Part shown: piece by piece, positions 19,364-29,276 of the stretch
Layout of the letters: every line of letters starts with the position of its first letter
How positions within the stretch are numbered: position 1 is the first letter of the stretch
Assembly (NCBI GenBank): GCA_945859975.1
Contig: CAMAPH010000002.1
Location: 1 to 64,000, forward strand
Origin: Chthonomonas calidirosea
GTDB taxonomy: Bacteria > Armatimonadota > Fimbriimonadia > Fimbriimonadales > Fimbriimonadaceae
Reading direction: 5' to 3'
Length of the DNA: 64,000 nt
Translations under genes and position numbers: made by a program
Notes under the pieces: generated by a model
What the model was told of the DNA's origin: nothing
Database searches by the model: none
The model's input: the letters and a program-made list of their open reading frames with translations, nothing else

Positions 19364-19849
19364 TTAGATGTTAACAATCTTAGGAACCAGGAATTGGGTT
19401 TCGCGAAGATCGGTTCCGTTCTCGAGCACCGACTTCAGGTTCGTGAGATAGAAGGTCCAACCCTGAACGCAGCCGAAGGCCCACTCGGCTCGCTTCGTTT
19501 CATCTTCGTGGCTTTGCGTTTGGACAACTTCCACGCAGGTCCGCGTCAGTTCCTCCGAGAATCGAACCCTCACGGCGCAATCGGGCCCGAAGGTAAAGGC
19601 GACCTCCTCGTTGGCGACAATATTCGTGAACTCGCCCTCTTCTCGGGTTCCCTCAAGCCAAGTCCATTCGTACTTCCAACCGACTTCCGCCACCACATCT
19701 TGCGGCTGGACTTCCCCATCCTTGGTGTGAAAGGCGTCCAGGAACCACTTTCCGATCTCGTCCGGTACCGTCCAGGCGCGAAACACGTCCACCGGCGTTC
19801 GGGCAATCAGGATGCGAAGTGTGAACGAGTCAAAGCTGGTCTGGCTCAT
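19364..19849 (-). CDS. SRPBCC/AHSA1-like domain protein
   Basis: VFRAWT.P....KWF and GWTFYLTNLKSVLE; overlaps the idh stop (ATGA). Confidence 0.85.
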   Translation of the reverse strand: MSQTSFDSFTLRILIARTPVDVFRAWTVPDEIGKWFLDAFHTKDGEVQPQDVVAEVGWKYEWTWLEGTREEGEFTNIVANEEVAFTFGPDCAVRVRFSEELTRTCVEVVQTQSHEDETKRAEWAFGCVQGWTFYLTNLKSVLENGTDLRETQFLVPKIVNI

Positions 19850-20859
19850 GATGCCAACGCCGCGATCACGGCATCGCCATACTCACGGCTCGTGGCTGTG
19901 CCGCCGAGGTCGCCCGTCATGAGCTTGCCGTCTCCAAGGACCTTCAACACCGCGTTCGAGATGCTTGTGGCCTTCTCGTGCTCGCCGATATGGCGTAGGA
20001 GCAATACCGCGCTGAGGAGCAGCGCGGTCGGGTTCGCAATGCCCTTGCCTGCAATATCGGGCGCAGAGCCGTGCACGGCTTCGAAAACCGCGTAATGCTC
20101 TCCGATGTTCGCTCCCGGCGCGAGTCCAAGGCCGCCGACCAATCCGGCGCACAGATCGCTGACGATGTCGCCATAAAGGTTTTCGGTAACGAGAACGTCA
20201 AATTGTTCTGGTCGCGTGACCAACTGCATGCAGCAGTTGTCGACGATGATGTCGTCCGCGATGATGTCGGGATACTCGTTCGCCATCAGATAGAACTCTT
20301 CAAGGAACATTCCGTCGGTCAGCTTCATGATGTTTGCCTTATGGACAGCGGTGATTCGCTTGCGTCCCTGGGCTTTCACCATCTCAAACGCGTATTTGAA
20401 GATTCGCTTGCAACCCGGGCGGGTGATGACTTTGATCGCCTGCGCGATGTCCTTGTGCGGCTGAAACTCGATTCCGGCGTAAAGGTCTTCGGTGTTTTCC
20501 CGGACGATGATCAGGTCGATCTTCGTGTCTTCAAAGTGTCCCTTCAGGTTCGGAATAGTGATCGATGGTCGAACATTGGCGAACAGATCAAGTGCTTTGC
20601 GAAGCGCGACGTTGGCGCTGACGTGGCCTTTGCCAATTGGCGTTGCCGTTGGCCCCTTAAGGGCGATGCCCAGTTCTCGAATGGCTTGAATCGTTTCCTC
20701 GGGCATTGCCGGCAATCCTCGGTCCAAGGCTGGTTGTCCAGCTTCAAGTTCGACCCACTCGGGTTCAAATCCCGCGGCTGCCAAAATTCGCCGCACCTCG
20801 GCGGAAATCTCCGGTCCAATGCCGTCTCCGGAAATCATGCCGATGCGTCTATTTGCCAT
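19846..20859 (-). CDS. idh: Isocitrate dehydrogenase (NAD-type; IDH/IPMDH family)
   Basis: GDGIGPE, LKGP.ATP, SANVALR, RENTEDLY, HKANIMK, NLYGDIVSDL, FEAVHGSAPDIAG. Confidence 0.88.
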   Translation of the reverse strand: MANRRIGMISGDGIGPEISAEVRRILAAAGFEPEWVELEAGQPALDRGLPAMPEETIQAIRELGIALKGPTATPIGKGHVSANVALRKALDLFANVRPSITIPNLKGHFEDTKIDLIIVRENTEDLYAGIEFQPHKDIAQAIKVITRPGCKRIFKYAFEMVKAQGRKRITAVHKANIMKLTDGMFLEEFYLMANEYPDIIADDIIVDNCCMQLVTRPEQFDVLVTENLYGDIVSDLCAGLVGGLGLAPGANIGEHYAVFEAVHGSAPDIAGKGIANPTALLLSAVLLLRHIGEHEKATSISNAVLKVLGDGKLMTGDLGGTATSREYGDAVIAALAS

Positions 20860-20927
20860 ATCTCAGATTGTGAACAATCTGAGGTCCTATTTCTGGAAAC
20901 GTGAAGGAAAAATGAACGTTTGAACAG

Positions 20928-21812
20928 ATGATGAAGAAAGGAATGTTGGTTGCCCTGCCGCTCATCGCGGCCACGAGTGCGCATGGACAGGCATTTCCGG
21001 GGGTTCCGCTCCCACCGAGTTTCCACGCCACGAATCCGGTCAACCTCACGGAAATGAACTACCAGCGGAACTGGGCTGGTAAATCCAAATTCCGAAGTGG
21101 AACAACGTTCAACCAATTCCAATTTGGACCGCTGACCCGAACCAGCTTCACCACCTACCCGACTTGCCAGAACTTCGGCCCGAACTTCGGGGCGGGGTCT
21201 GGCGGCAATCTCTTTGGACGGGGGCAATTGTTTGGCAACGGCGCGCGATACGGTTACTACCACTACAACACCAACTGGAACGACAACTGGTTCTTCTTCT
21301 CGTTCTATGAATTCACGCCAACGGTGAACTACTCGGTCCAGCCATCGCCGTGGTATCTGTATCCGTCTCTGCCTCCGTACGTCAATGCCCGCTTCGTGCA
21401 AGTCAGCACCCCAGCCTTTAGCCAGTGGAGCGGAAGTCCATATCGCTACGGTGACCAGAGGCGGCTCGACCTTGCCGTCGATGATCTCATTGAGATTTTC
21501 CGCACTGGGGATCGGGATCTCATCGAAGAACTCATGCCACGGCGCGATGGAGTAGATATCACGCTAAACGGTCAATACGGCTACACCGTGAATCCACAGA
21601 ACTTCGAGAGCCTATTCATGGATGGCGTCCTGAACGTTCGAACTCAGGGCTATCAGATTGAGCGACTGGAATTCTACGGCGAAACCGCGCGAGTTCGGGC
21701 TCGGCATCAATACCTCGACCCATGGGGAGTCACCCAGATTAACTTCCACGATTATGTTTTGGTTCTGGAGCGACGAAACTACGTGATTCGGCAGTTTGGC
21801 GTTTCCCGCTGA
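20928..21812 (+). CDS. Secreted hypothetical protein
   Basis: Signal peptide (…ATSAHGQ), Gly/Asn/Tyr/Phe-rich middle, globular C-terminal domain. Confidence 0.7.
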   Translation: MMKKGMLVALPLIAATSAHGQAFPGVPLPPSFHATNPVNLTEMNYQRNWAGKSKFRSGTTFNQFQFGPLTRTSFTTYPTCQNFGPNFGAGSGGNLFGRGQLFGNGARYGYYHYNTNWNDNWFFFSFYEFTPTVNYSVQPSPWYLYPSLPPYVNARFVQVSTPAFSQWSGSPYRYGDQRRLDLAVDDLIEIFRTGDRDLIEELMPRRDGVDITLNGQYGYTVNPQNFESLFMDGVLNVRTQGYQIERLEFYGETARVRARHQYLDPWGVTQINFHDYVLVLERRNYVIRQFGVSR

Positions 21813-21837
21813 TCCCAAAATATGAGATAGTCAAGGC

Positions 21838-22698
21838 ATGACCGCTGCTCTAGCACTGCTGCTCGTTGCCGCTCCGACGCCCTTCGCTCCTGACTTCGAC
21901 AGCATTGTCGTGGAGCGAGTTGCAACTGGATACCAGTTCACCGAAGGGGCCGTTTGGACGCCAAAGGGAACCCTGGTTTTCTCGGATATCCCGGCCAACA
22001 AGATTTACGAGTGGAAGCCGGGTTCGGAACCGACGGTGCTCCATGATCCTTCCGGGAACGCCAACGGCAACTTGATTGGCCGAAACGGCAAGCTGATCTC
22101 CTGCTTGCATGGAGGACGGTCGGTCGTATCTTGGAACGGAAAAGGCAAGTCGGTTGATCTGGCGACGAAGTTTGATGGCAAACAGTTAAACAGCCCGAAC
22201 GACGTTGCGTACGGTCCGCAAAAGTCGCTGTACTTCACCGATCCACCCTACGGAATCAATCCGAAAGATAGTGCGATCGGCTTTGCTGGCGTCTACCGAA
22301 TCACCGGTTCGGGCAAAGTGACTCTTCAGGAAAAGGGCATGAATCGTCCGAATGGCATCGCCTTTTCAGCGGACATGAGCATGGCATACGTGAGCGATAC
22401 CGCAAATCGCAACATCATGAAATTCAGCGTGGATCGAAAGGGTGACTTCTACGACGGCAAAGAGTTTGCGAAGTTGCCTTACCCAGACGGAATGCGGGTT
22501 GACTCCGAAGGAAACGTCTACTGCACCGCAAATGGCGGCGTGCATGTCTTCTCGCCGTCCGGTGAAAAGCTTGGGCTGATCAAGGTGCCAGAAAATCCAA
22601 CCAACTGTGCTTTCGGCGAAAACGGCATGAAGACCTTGTTCATCACCGCCCAGAAGTCCGTTTATAAGTGCGCCGTTCCGATTCGCGGTAAGGCCTGA
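21838..22698 (+). CDS. SMP-30/gluconolactonase family protein
   Basis: FTEGAVW, FSDIP, NSPND, YFTDPPYG, PNGIAFS, PDGMRVD. Confidence 0.93.
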   Translation: MTAALALLLVAAPTPFAPDFDSIVVERVATGYQFTEGAVWTPKGTLVFSDIPANKIYEWKPGSEPTVLHDPSGNANGNLIGRNGKLISCLHGGRSVVSWNGKGKSVDLATKFDGKQLNSPNDVAYGPQKSLYFTDPPYGINPKDSAIGFAGVYRITGSGKVTLQEKGMNRPNGIAFSADMSMAYVSDTANRNIMKFSVDRKGDFYDGKEFAKLPYPDGMRVDSEGNVYCTANGGVHVFSPSGEKLGLIKVPENPTNCAFGENGMKTLFITAQKSVYKCAVPIRGKA

Positions 22699-22730
22699 AG
22701 GTGTTTCAACTGGTACTCTGGTAAGCGCGT

Positions 22731-23882
22731 ATGAAGCTCCACGAGTACCAGTCCAAAGAACTGCTGACCAAGTACGGCGTCCCGGTTCCCCGCGGTGAAG
22801 TCACCTCGGATGCAACCCAGGCTCGCGAGATCGCCGAGCAATTCGGCGGCAAGGTCGTCGTCAAGGCCCAGGTCCTTATGGGTGGCCGCGGAAAGGCAGG
22901 CGGAGTTAAGCTCTTCAACTCGTCTGAGGAAGCCGGCGCATTCACGGCCGAACTCATTGGCAAGCGTTTGATCAGCATCCAGAACCCGGCCGGAATGGTC
23001 GTCGAAAAGGTCCTCGTTGCCGAGCTGATTGATATCGCCGAAGAGTATTACGTCGCCGTTCTCCTAGACCGAAACATCCAAAAGAGCATCGTCATGATCT
23101 CGAAGGAAGGCGGAATGGAGATCGAAGAAGTCGCCGAAAAGCACCCCGACGCCATCGTCAAGATGCCGATTGACCCTAAGTGGGGCGTCAGCGACTACGA
23201 CATCCGAAACGCCGTCGCACAGGCCAACATTCCGAAGCCTGCCCGAAGCCAGATGGCGCAGATGATAAAGAAGCTCGTTAAGGCGTACCAAGAGAGCGAC
23301 GCCGAGATGATTGAGATCAACCCTTGCGCATTGACGCCAGAAGGAAAACTTCTTGCCGCCGACGCCAAGGTGAGCATCGACGACAACAGCTTGTTCCGAC
23401 ACGCCGACTACCGAGCGACTTCTCACGACAGCGCCGAAGACCCGATTGAAGCCGAAGCTAGCAAGCGCGGCGTCGCCTACGTTCGACTTGGCGGAGAGAT
23501 CGGAATCATGGGCAACGGAGCAGGACTCGTTATGCAGAGCATCGACGAGATTTCAGCTGCCGGCGGAAAAGCCGCAAACTTCCTGGACGTGGGCGGTGGC
23601 GCTCAGGCCGACCGAGTGAAGAGCTGCATGGAAGTGATCCTGATGGATCCAAACGTCAAGGGCATCTTCCTGAACATCTTCGGCGGAATCACCCGCGTGG
23701 ATGAAGTTGCAAAGGGCGTTCTGGATGCTTTCGCTCAGATCGATGTGAAGGTGCCGGTCGTGGCCCGAATCGAAGGCACGGCAGTCGAAGAAGGTCGAAA
23801 GATCCTGGAAGGCACGCAGATCATTCCGGCACAGACGGTTCAAGAAGCAGCCAAGCTGATTGTCGAACTCGCAAACGCCTAA
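22731..23882 (+). CDS. sucC: Succinyl-CoA synthetase beta subunit
   Basis: MKLHEYQSK, KAQV..GGRGKAGGVK, EINP, GNGAGL, NFLDVGGGA, NIFGGITR. Confidence 0.97.
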   Translation: MKLHEYQSKELLTKYGVPVPRGEVTSDATQAREIAEQFGGKVVVKAQVLMGGRGKAGGVKLFNSSEEAGAFTAELIGKRLISIQNPAGMVVEKVLVAELIDIAEEYYVAVLLDRNIQKSIVMISKEGGMEIEEVAEKHPDAIVKMPIDPKWGVSDYDIRNAVAQANIPKPARSQMAQMIKKLVKAYQESDAEMIEINPCALTPEGKLLAADAKVSIDDNSLFRHADYRATSHDSAEDPIEAEASKRGVAYVRLGGEIGIMGNGAGLVMQSIDEISAAGGKAANFLDVGGGAQADRVKSCMEVILMDPNVKGIFLNIFGGITRVDEVAKGVLDAFAQIDVKVPVVARIEGTAVEEGRKILEGTQIIPAQTVQEAAKLIVELANA

Positions 23883-24745
23883 GCCGAAACTTCAAAACAG
23901 TTTCGAGCCGTTTCCCACAATCGCACCCGCGCCAACCGCGCGGGTGTTTTTGTTTTGAGCCGGTCGAAGATCGCCAGAGAGACATTTTCGGAGGTCGTCA
24001 CCTTCCCCGCCAACTCCGGCACATCGAGGTCGAGGTTTCGGTGGTCGTATCGGTCAAGTATCTCCGCTTCCACTGCCGCATCGAGCTCGCCAAGGTCGCA
24101 AATGAATCCGGACGTCGGGTCAGGTTGACCAGCGACGGTGACTTCAAGGACGTAGTTGTGACCGTGACCATGAGCGTGGTTGCACTTGCCGTACAGGCCG
24201 ACGTTATCTTCGGTAGAGAGTTGACTCGTGTTCAGCCGGTGCGCGGCGGCGAACTCGTAGACCCGGGTGAGCAAGATTTCAGGATTCATGAGATTCAGTT
24301 CTCCGTAAAGCGTGGGCATTTCTTCTAGTCGCAGCCCGACGAGGGCGATCGGCACGACTTCGGAAGCTTCGGTGATCATCCGGTTGACCGCCAGATTTCC
24401 GTCAGCATCGCACAACCGGTGCTTGAGGTCCAACAGAAGATTCTCGACGGATGGTGCGACATTGGCAAACTCCGGCACTTCGTCGTTGATGCTTCGCTGG
24501 TCAAAAACCGCTTTGACTTTTGACTTCAGCAAGTCATCAACCCGCTTGATATTGACGACCATCCCGTCCACTTCCCCAACTGGTCCGGCCACCTCTACAT
24601 CGAGAACGTAGTTGTGCCCGTGGGAAAAGGGCGATGCGATCTGGCCGAACAGCGCCTTGTTTTGTTCCGAGGTCAGATCAGTGCGCCAATAGCGATGCCC
24701 GCTGGAGAATGTGATTCGGCGGGTCATTCGTACGGTGCGCTTCAT
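23879..24745 (-). CDS. Tandem-domain 6-pyruvoyl-tetrahydropterin synthase/QueD family protein
   Basis: Two repeats, each with F...HR...HGHNY and EN motifs; ends LWETARN. Confidence 0.88.
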   Translation of the reverse strand: MKRTVRMTRRITFSSGHRYWRTDLTSEQNKALFGQIASPFSHGHNYVLDVEVAGPVGEVDGMVVNIKRVDDLLKSKVKAVFDQRSINDEVPEFANVAPSVENLLLDLKHRLCDADGNLAVNRMITEASEVVPIALVGLRLEEMPTLYGELNLMNPEILLTRVYEFAAAHRLNTSQLSTEDNVGLYGKCNHAHGHGHNYVLEVTVAGQPDPTSGFICDLGELDAAVEAEILDRYDHRNLDLDVPELAGKVTTSENVSLAIFDRLKTKTPARLARVRLWETARNCFEVSA

Positions 24746-24747
24746 CG

Positions 24748-25599
24748 TTAGTCTCCCTTTACGTACGGCTCAGCCAGCGCGGCCGGCGCAACGGTCCCAC
24801 GCCCAACGACAACCAACACGGTCAGCGCCACGAGGTACGGCAGGGCGATGAGCAGTTGGTATGGCGCTTGAACTCCGGCGGCCTGTAGGGTGAACTGGAG
24901 GCTCTCGGCAAAGCCGATGAGCAACGCGGCGGCCAACACCCACATCGGCTTCCAGCGACCAAATGTGACCATCGCGATAGCGACAAAGCCACGTCCGGCG
25001 GTCATATTCTCTGCGAACGATCCCGAGATTCCCAGCGATAGGTACGCCCCAGCAAGACCGGCAAAGATTCCGCTGCAAGCCACGCCGATAAACCGCAGTC
25101 GCGCGACTGAGAATCCTGCCGCCTCGGCGGCCTTTGGATACTCGCCGGTGGCCCGAAGTGCCAGTCCGAGCGACGACTTCTGGAGCACCCAGGTCAACCC
25201 GATGGCGGAGAGCAAGAGAAGAATCTCAACCGCGTCAATCTTCCCGAACACGGGTGGCAGCTTGGCGACGCTGAGTAGCGTGCCACTCTTACCGAACTGG
25301 GTTCGGTAGATCGTGCCGGTCACGCCCAAGGCGAGCAGGTTGATGGCCGTTCCAACTACGACCTGATCAATCCCGCGCCGAATCGTGAACCAACCAAAGA
25401 GCAGCGCCAGCAGTAGGCCAGCCGTAATCCCCGCCACCAAGCCGATCCAAGGCGAACCGGTGCTTTGCGCCGCTAGCATTGCGAAAAATGCTCCCGCGAG
25501 CATGCTGCCCTCAAGACCGATGTAGATGACGCCGGACTTCTGCCCGATGGTCTCGCCGGTGGCCGCAAGGGCAACCGGCGTTGCATATTGAAGGATCAA
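24748..25599 (-). CDS. Nucleoside-type ABC transporter permease (NupC-like)
   Basis: SGVIYIGLEG, GLALRATGE.P.AA, AGRGFVAIA, PY. Confidence 0.9.
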   Translation of the reverse strand: MILQYATPVALAATGETIGQKSGVIYIGLEGSMLAGAFFAMLAAQSTGSPWIGLVAGITAGLLLALLFGWFTIRRGIDQVVVGTAINLLALGVTGTIYRTQFGKSGTLLSVAKLPPVFGKIDAVEILLLLSAIGLTWVLQKSSLGLALRATGEYPKAAEAAGFSVARLRFIGVACSGIFAGLAGAYLSLGISGSFAENMTAGRGFVAIAMVTFGRWKPMWVLAAALLIGFAESLQFTLQAAGVQAPYQLLIALPYLVALTVLVVVGRGTVAPAALAEPYVKGD

Positions 25600-26642
25600 G
25601 ATGGGGTCGATTCTGTCTCCTCCTCTGGCTTGGGTCGGGCTTTCTTAAGGCCGGATAGTCCGACGTACGCCAATACTGCCGTCGCCTGGATAACGTAAAC
25701 GATCGTCGTCCCGGCCGGAGTAAATCGAGCCAGGTTCTCGGTACCGGCGAACAATGCGCCGAAGAAGAATGCCGCTCCAGCGGTGAGCATCGGGTTAAGG
25801 CCACCTAGCAGGGCGACGGGAATGCCCAGGAAGCCCCATTGCTGCGGGAAGGTTGTGCCTAGTTGACCCACCAAGCCCAAGTACTCGACCCCTCCTGCCA
25901 AGCCACACATCGCACCCGAAAGGGCCATGGCAGAGAGCTGCACGCGGCCCGGATCGATGTAGTTCACCCGCGCGACCTTTGGGTTGTCTCCGACGAGGCG
26001 CAGACGATATCCGGCGACGGTTCGGTAGAGGAAAGTCGTAAGCACGACCGCCATCACAAGTGCCAGCACCGTGCCGAGATGGACATCGGTCTGCCGATCA
26101 AACCGCGCCAGCATCAACGATTCCGGCAACAAATCGGTCTGGGGAACTTGTCCCTTCTGCTCTTGCAAAGGTCCGCTCACAGCAAAACCGAGGAGCTGAA
26201 TGGCGATGAAGTTGAGAAGAATCGTGCTGATCACGACCTCGACGCCACGCCGGACGTACAGCCAACCGGCGATCCAAGCCCAGAGCGCGCCGCCAATCGC
26301 GCAGACCACGAGAATCAACAGCGAGCCACCGGGCATCGCCGCTGCGTTGGCGCCAATCAGCCCCTTCCCGACCGCCGCACCAAAGATCGCTCCGAGAACA
26401 AACTGCCCTTCTCCGCCGATGTTGTACACCCCCGCTCGCCAAGCAATGACCATGCCAAGCCCGGTTAACAGCAACGGCGTCATCTTCACGGCCGAGCGGG
26501 ACCAAGCGAATTTATCCGAGAACGCTCCGTCAAAAATCAGCTTCACGCTGTCGACAATCGGAAGCTGAAACGCCGCCAAGGTCAGGAGTAAGACAACGAT
26601 CAACCCAGCGAGCAATAGCCCGAAGCGCAGAAAACCGTTCAA
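25596..26642 (-). CDS. Nucleoside-type ABC transporter permease (NupB-like)
   Basis: TPLLLTGL, NIGGEGQ, EVVISTILLN, GI.VALLG. Confidence 0.9.
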   Translation of the reverse strand: MNGFLRFGLLLAGLIVVLLLTLAAFQLPIVDSVKLIFDGAFSDKFAWSRSAVKMTPLLLTGLGMVIAWRAGVYNIGGEGQFVLGAIFGAAVGKGLIGANAAAMPGGSLLILVVCAIGGALWAWIAGWLYVRRGVEVVISTILLNFIAIQLLGFAVSGPLQEQKGQVPQTDLLPESLMLARFDRQTDVHLGTVLALVMAVVLTTFLYRTVAGYRLRLVGDNPKVARVNYIDPGRVQLSAMALSGAMCGLAGGVEYLGLVGQLGTTFPQQWGFLGIPVALLGGLNPMLTAGAAFFFGALFAGTENLARFTPAGTTIVYVIQATAVLAYVGLSGLKKARPKPEEETESTPS

Positions 26643-28108
26643 GTCTTAGCTCCAAAGAGCGACTCAGCTCCGGTATCAGCAATCAACTCGCCGCGCGAGA
26701 GAAACATGACTCGATCGGCCAAGGCGTAAATTTCATCGAGATCGGTTGAGAACAACGCGACGGCTGCGCCAGCATCTCGTGCTTCCTGGATTTTGGAATG
26801 AACGTATTCAGTGGCCCGAATGTCGAGTCCGCGCGTTGGGTTTACGACCACCAAAAGGTCTGGCTGCTCATCCAAAGCGCGGCTGACGACCACCTTTTGT
26901 TGGTTGCCTCCGCTGAGTCCGGCGACTCGATCTGCAGGGCTGTTTGCTTTCACCGAGAACCGCTTGACCAGTTCATTCGCCCACTGGTGCAAGGCACGAA
27001 AATTCAAAAACGGCCCCTTTCGAAGCATCGGCTTTCGGTGCCCGGTGATCAGTAAGTTCTCTTCGATCGTCATGCCCATGGCAAGGCCGTCATGTTGCCG
27101 GTCTTGCGGGACATAAGAGATTCGCATTTCCTCGGCATTGACTGTCTTCCCGGCGAAGCTAAGTTCACCAGAAACTGGTCTAACGGCAACGAGCGCTTCC
27201 GCGAGTTCTAACTGACCATTTCCGTCCACTCCGCCGATGCCGAGAATTTCTCCCCGCTTGATTTCAAAGCAACAATTCTTAATGGCAGCCTCGCCTCGGT
27301 CTCCGAGTACGGTTAGGTCTTGCCCTACGAGGCCGGGTACCAGCTCAGTACCTTTGCGTTGGGCGAGCGGTGGCGGGAGTTCACCGACCATCCATTCCGC
27401 GAGTTTGCGCTCATCAACTTGAGCAATGGGTGCCGAAGCGATCCACCTGCCGCGACGCAGAACTGTCACGTGGTCGGCGATGCTGAGTACTTCCGACAGC
27501 TTGTGAGCGATAAGAATGACCACGTGCCCATCGGTCTTCAATTGGCGCAGGACGCGGAAGAGATCTTCCACCTCGTCCGGCGAAAGCACCGCGGTTGGCT
27601 CGTCGAAGATGATGACTTGAGCGTCCCCACCGAGCGCCTTCAGAATCTCAATTCGCTGTTGCGCGCCTACAGAGAGAGAACTCACGCGACGACCAGGCTC
27701 CAACTCCCACCCAAGTCGCGTCGCCGCAGCCAATGACGGCTCAGCTCGAGCCGAAACTTCGGATGAACTCAAGAGCCCTGGCAATCGCGAGAGGGCAAAG
27801 TTCTCGGCAATCGTGAACTCAGAAACCAGCGTGAAGTGCTGATGGATCATTTCGATCCCTAGGCGCTTGCAATCAAACGGACGCCCTACCGGCACCGGAT
27901 TTCCATTGAGCATGACCGTCCCCGAGTCAGGCACGACGAAGCCGGAAAGGATCCCCATGAGGGTTGACTTTCCGGCTCCATTTTCGCCGAGTACGGCGTG
28001 AATCTCTCCCGGTCGGAAACTGGCGCTGACGTTATCGAGCGCGGTCAGCGATCCGAAACGTTTAACGATGTTTTCGACATGCAGTCCTGATTTGGCAGTC
28101 ATGTCCAC
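26639..28108 (-). CDS. Nucleoside-type ABC transporter ATPase, two domains (NupA-like)
   Basis: GENGAGKST, DEPT, LSGGNQQK, PTRGLD. Confidence 0.92.
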   Translation of the reverse strand: MDMTAKSGLHVENIVKRFGSLTALDNVSASFRPGEIHAVLGENGAGKSTLMGILSGFVVPDSGTVMLNGNPVPVGRPFDCKRLGIEMIHQHFTLVSEFTIAENFALSRLPGLLSSSEVSARAEPSLAAATRLGWELEPGRRVSSLSVGAQQRIEILKALGGDAQVIIFDEPTAVLSPDEVEDLFRVLRQLKTDGHVVILIAHKLSEVLSIADHVTVLRRGRWIASAPIAQVDERKLAEWMVGELPPPLAQRKGTELVPGLVGQDLTVLGDRGEAAIKNCCFEIKRGEILGIGGVDGNGQLELAEALVAVRPVSGELSFAGKTVNAEEMRISYVPQDRQHDGLAMGMTIEENLLITGHRKPMLRKGPFLNFRALHQWANELVKRFSVKANSPADRVAGLSGGNQQKVVVSRALDEQPDLLVVVNPTRGLDIRATEYVHSKIQEARDAGAAVALFSTDLDEIYALADRVMFLSRGELIADTGAESLFGAKT

Positions 28109-28153
28109 TTGGCCGCGCTCCGCAACCGGAACGCGTCCTTACTTCAACGTAGG

Positions 28154-29155
28154 TTAGAACTCGTCTTTCGGCACAACGAGCTTTCCGGTGCGAATATTTT
28201 CCTTCGTTTCGTCCAGCAGCTTGATCAAGTCCGCCGGAACCTTGGACTTGTACTCCGGATTGATCTCGAAATCAATCGTTCCAGAATCCATTCCAACCAG
28301 CACGATTTCGCCCTTGAAGGTCTTTTCCTTCACCGACTTCGCGAGCTGCAAGAACGCTGGCTTCGCGACGATAAAGGCGGAAGCGACGACTCCCTTCTCC
28401 GAGTTCTGGTTGAGGTTCGAGCCCAGCGCGCTCACGCCCTTTTCCGCACAAGCATCAAAGACGCCCTTTGCGGCGGCATTGGCTTGGTGAATCACGAAGT
28501 CTGCCTTCTGAGCGATGATGCTCTCGGTGAGCTGTTTGGCCTTTGCGATGTCGTTTTCGACGCCGAAGTAAACCGGCGGCAAGACCTTGATATTCGGGTT
28601 CGCTGCTTTCGCGCCAGCTTCGTATGCCTTGAGGGTTGAGTTAATGCTGGGGATGTCCAAAACGGCAACCGAGCCAATCACGCCCGTTTTGCTCTGCTTT
28701 GCGGCAAGCATTCCCGCGAGGTAGAAGCTCTGCTCCAGATAGAACCGGAAAGCGCCTACGTTCGAGGCGGTCTTTCCGCCGGAACTGGAGATAAAAATGG
28801 TGTCCTTGAAGTCTGGTCCCACGGCCGCCATCGGCTCGTTGTATTCATAGCCGTGGCCGAAGACCAGGTTGTAGCCTTTCTGGGCATAGGATCGAAGAGC
28901 GTCCTTTGCATTCGTTGGAGGCACTTCCTGGTTGTCGACCGTCGCCGACATGTCGGACTTGATGCCGTTCAGAGCCTCGTAAGCCATGCTGTTCCAGCCA
29001 GAGTCATTGACGGACCCCAGAGTTAACAGGGCGACCTTGAATTCGCCACTGGCGGCTGGTGCGCCTTCCTTCGCTTCCGTCTTGGCCGTATCGCCCGTCG
29101 AGCCACAACCAACGATCACCGCAAGGGCTAGCCCCCAAAGAATTTTCGCCTTCAT
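28154..29155 (-). CDS. BMP family ABC substrate-binding lipoprotein
   Basis: Lipobox IVGC after MKAKILWG (ATG at 29155); NDSGWN, FGHGYEY, YLAGMLAA. Confidence 0.92.
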   Translation of the reverse strand: MKAKILWGLALAVIVGCGSTGDTAKTEAKEGAPAASGEFKVALLTLGSVNDSGWNSMAYEALNGIKSDMSATVDNQEVPPTNAKDALRSYAQKGYNLVFGHGYEYNEPMAAVGPDFKDTIFISSSGGKTASNVGAFRFYLEQSFYLAGMLAAKQSKTGVIGSVAVLDIPSINSTLKAYEAGAKAANPNIKVLPPVYFGVENDIAKAKQLTESIIAQKADFVIHQANAAAKGVFDACAEKGVSALGSNLNQNSEKGVVASAFIVAKPAFLQLAKSVKEKTFKGEIVLVGMDSGTIDFEINPEYKSKVPADLIKLLDETKENIRTGKLVVPKDEF

Positions 29156-29276
29156 AACAATCGAACTATACGAGATTCTTGACTTTCCGTTCATTACCGG
29201 CAAATTGTCGCCTTGGACCGGCAATCAAAAAGAATCTCACCATTGGTTCGGCGCCTCTGAGTAAGTAAGAGCAAAC

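Noticed and set aside
29156..29276. Possible purine or preQ1 riboswitch upstream of the BMP operon
   Set aside because: The short divergent spacer shows no recognisable aptamer consensus.
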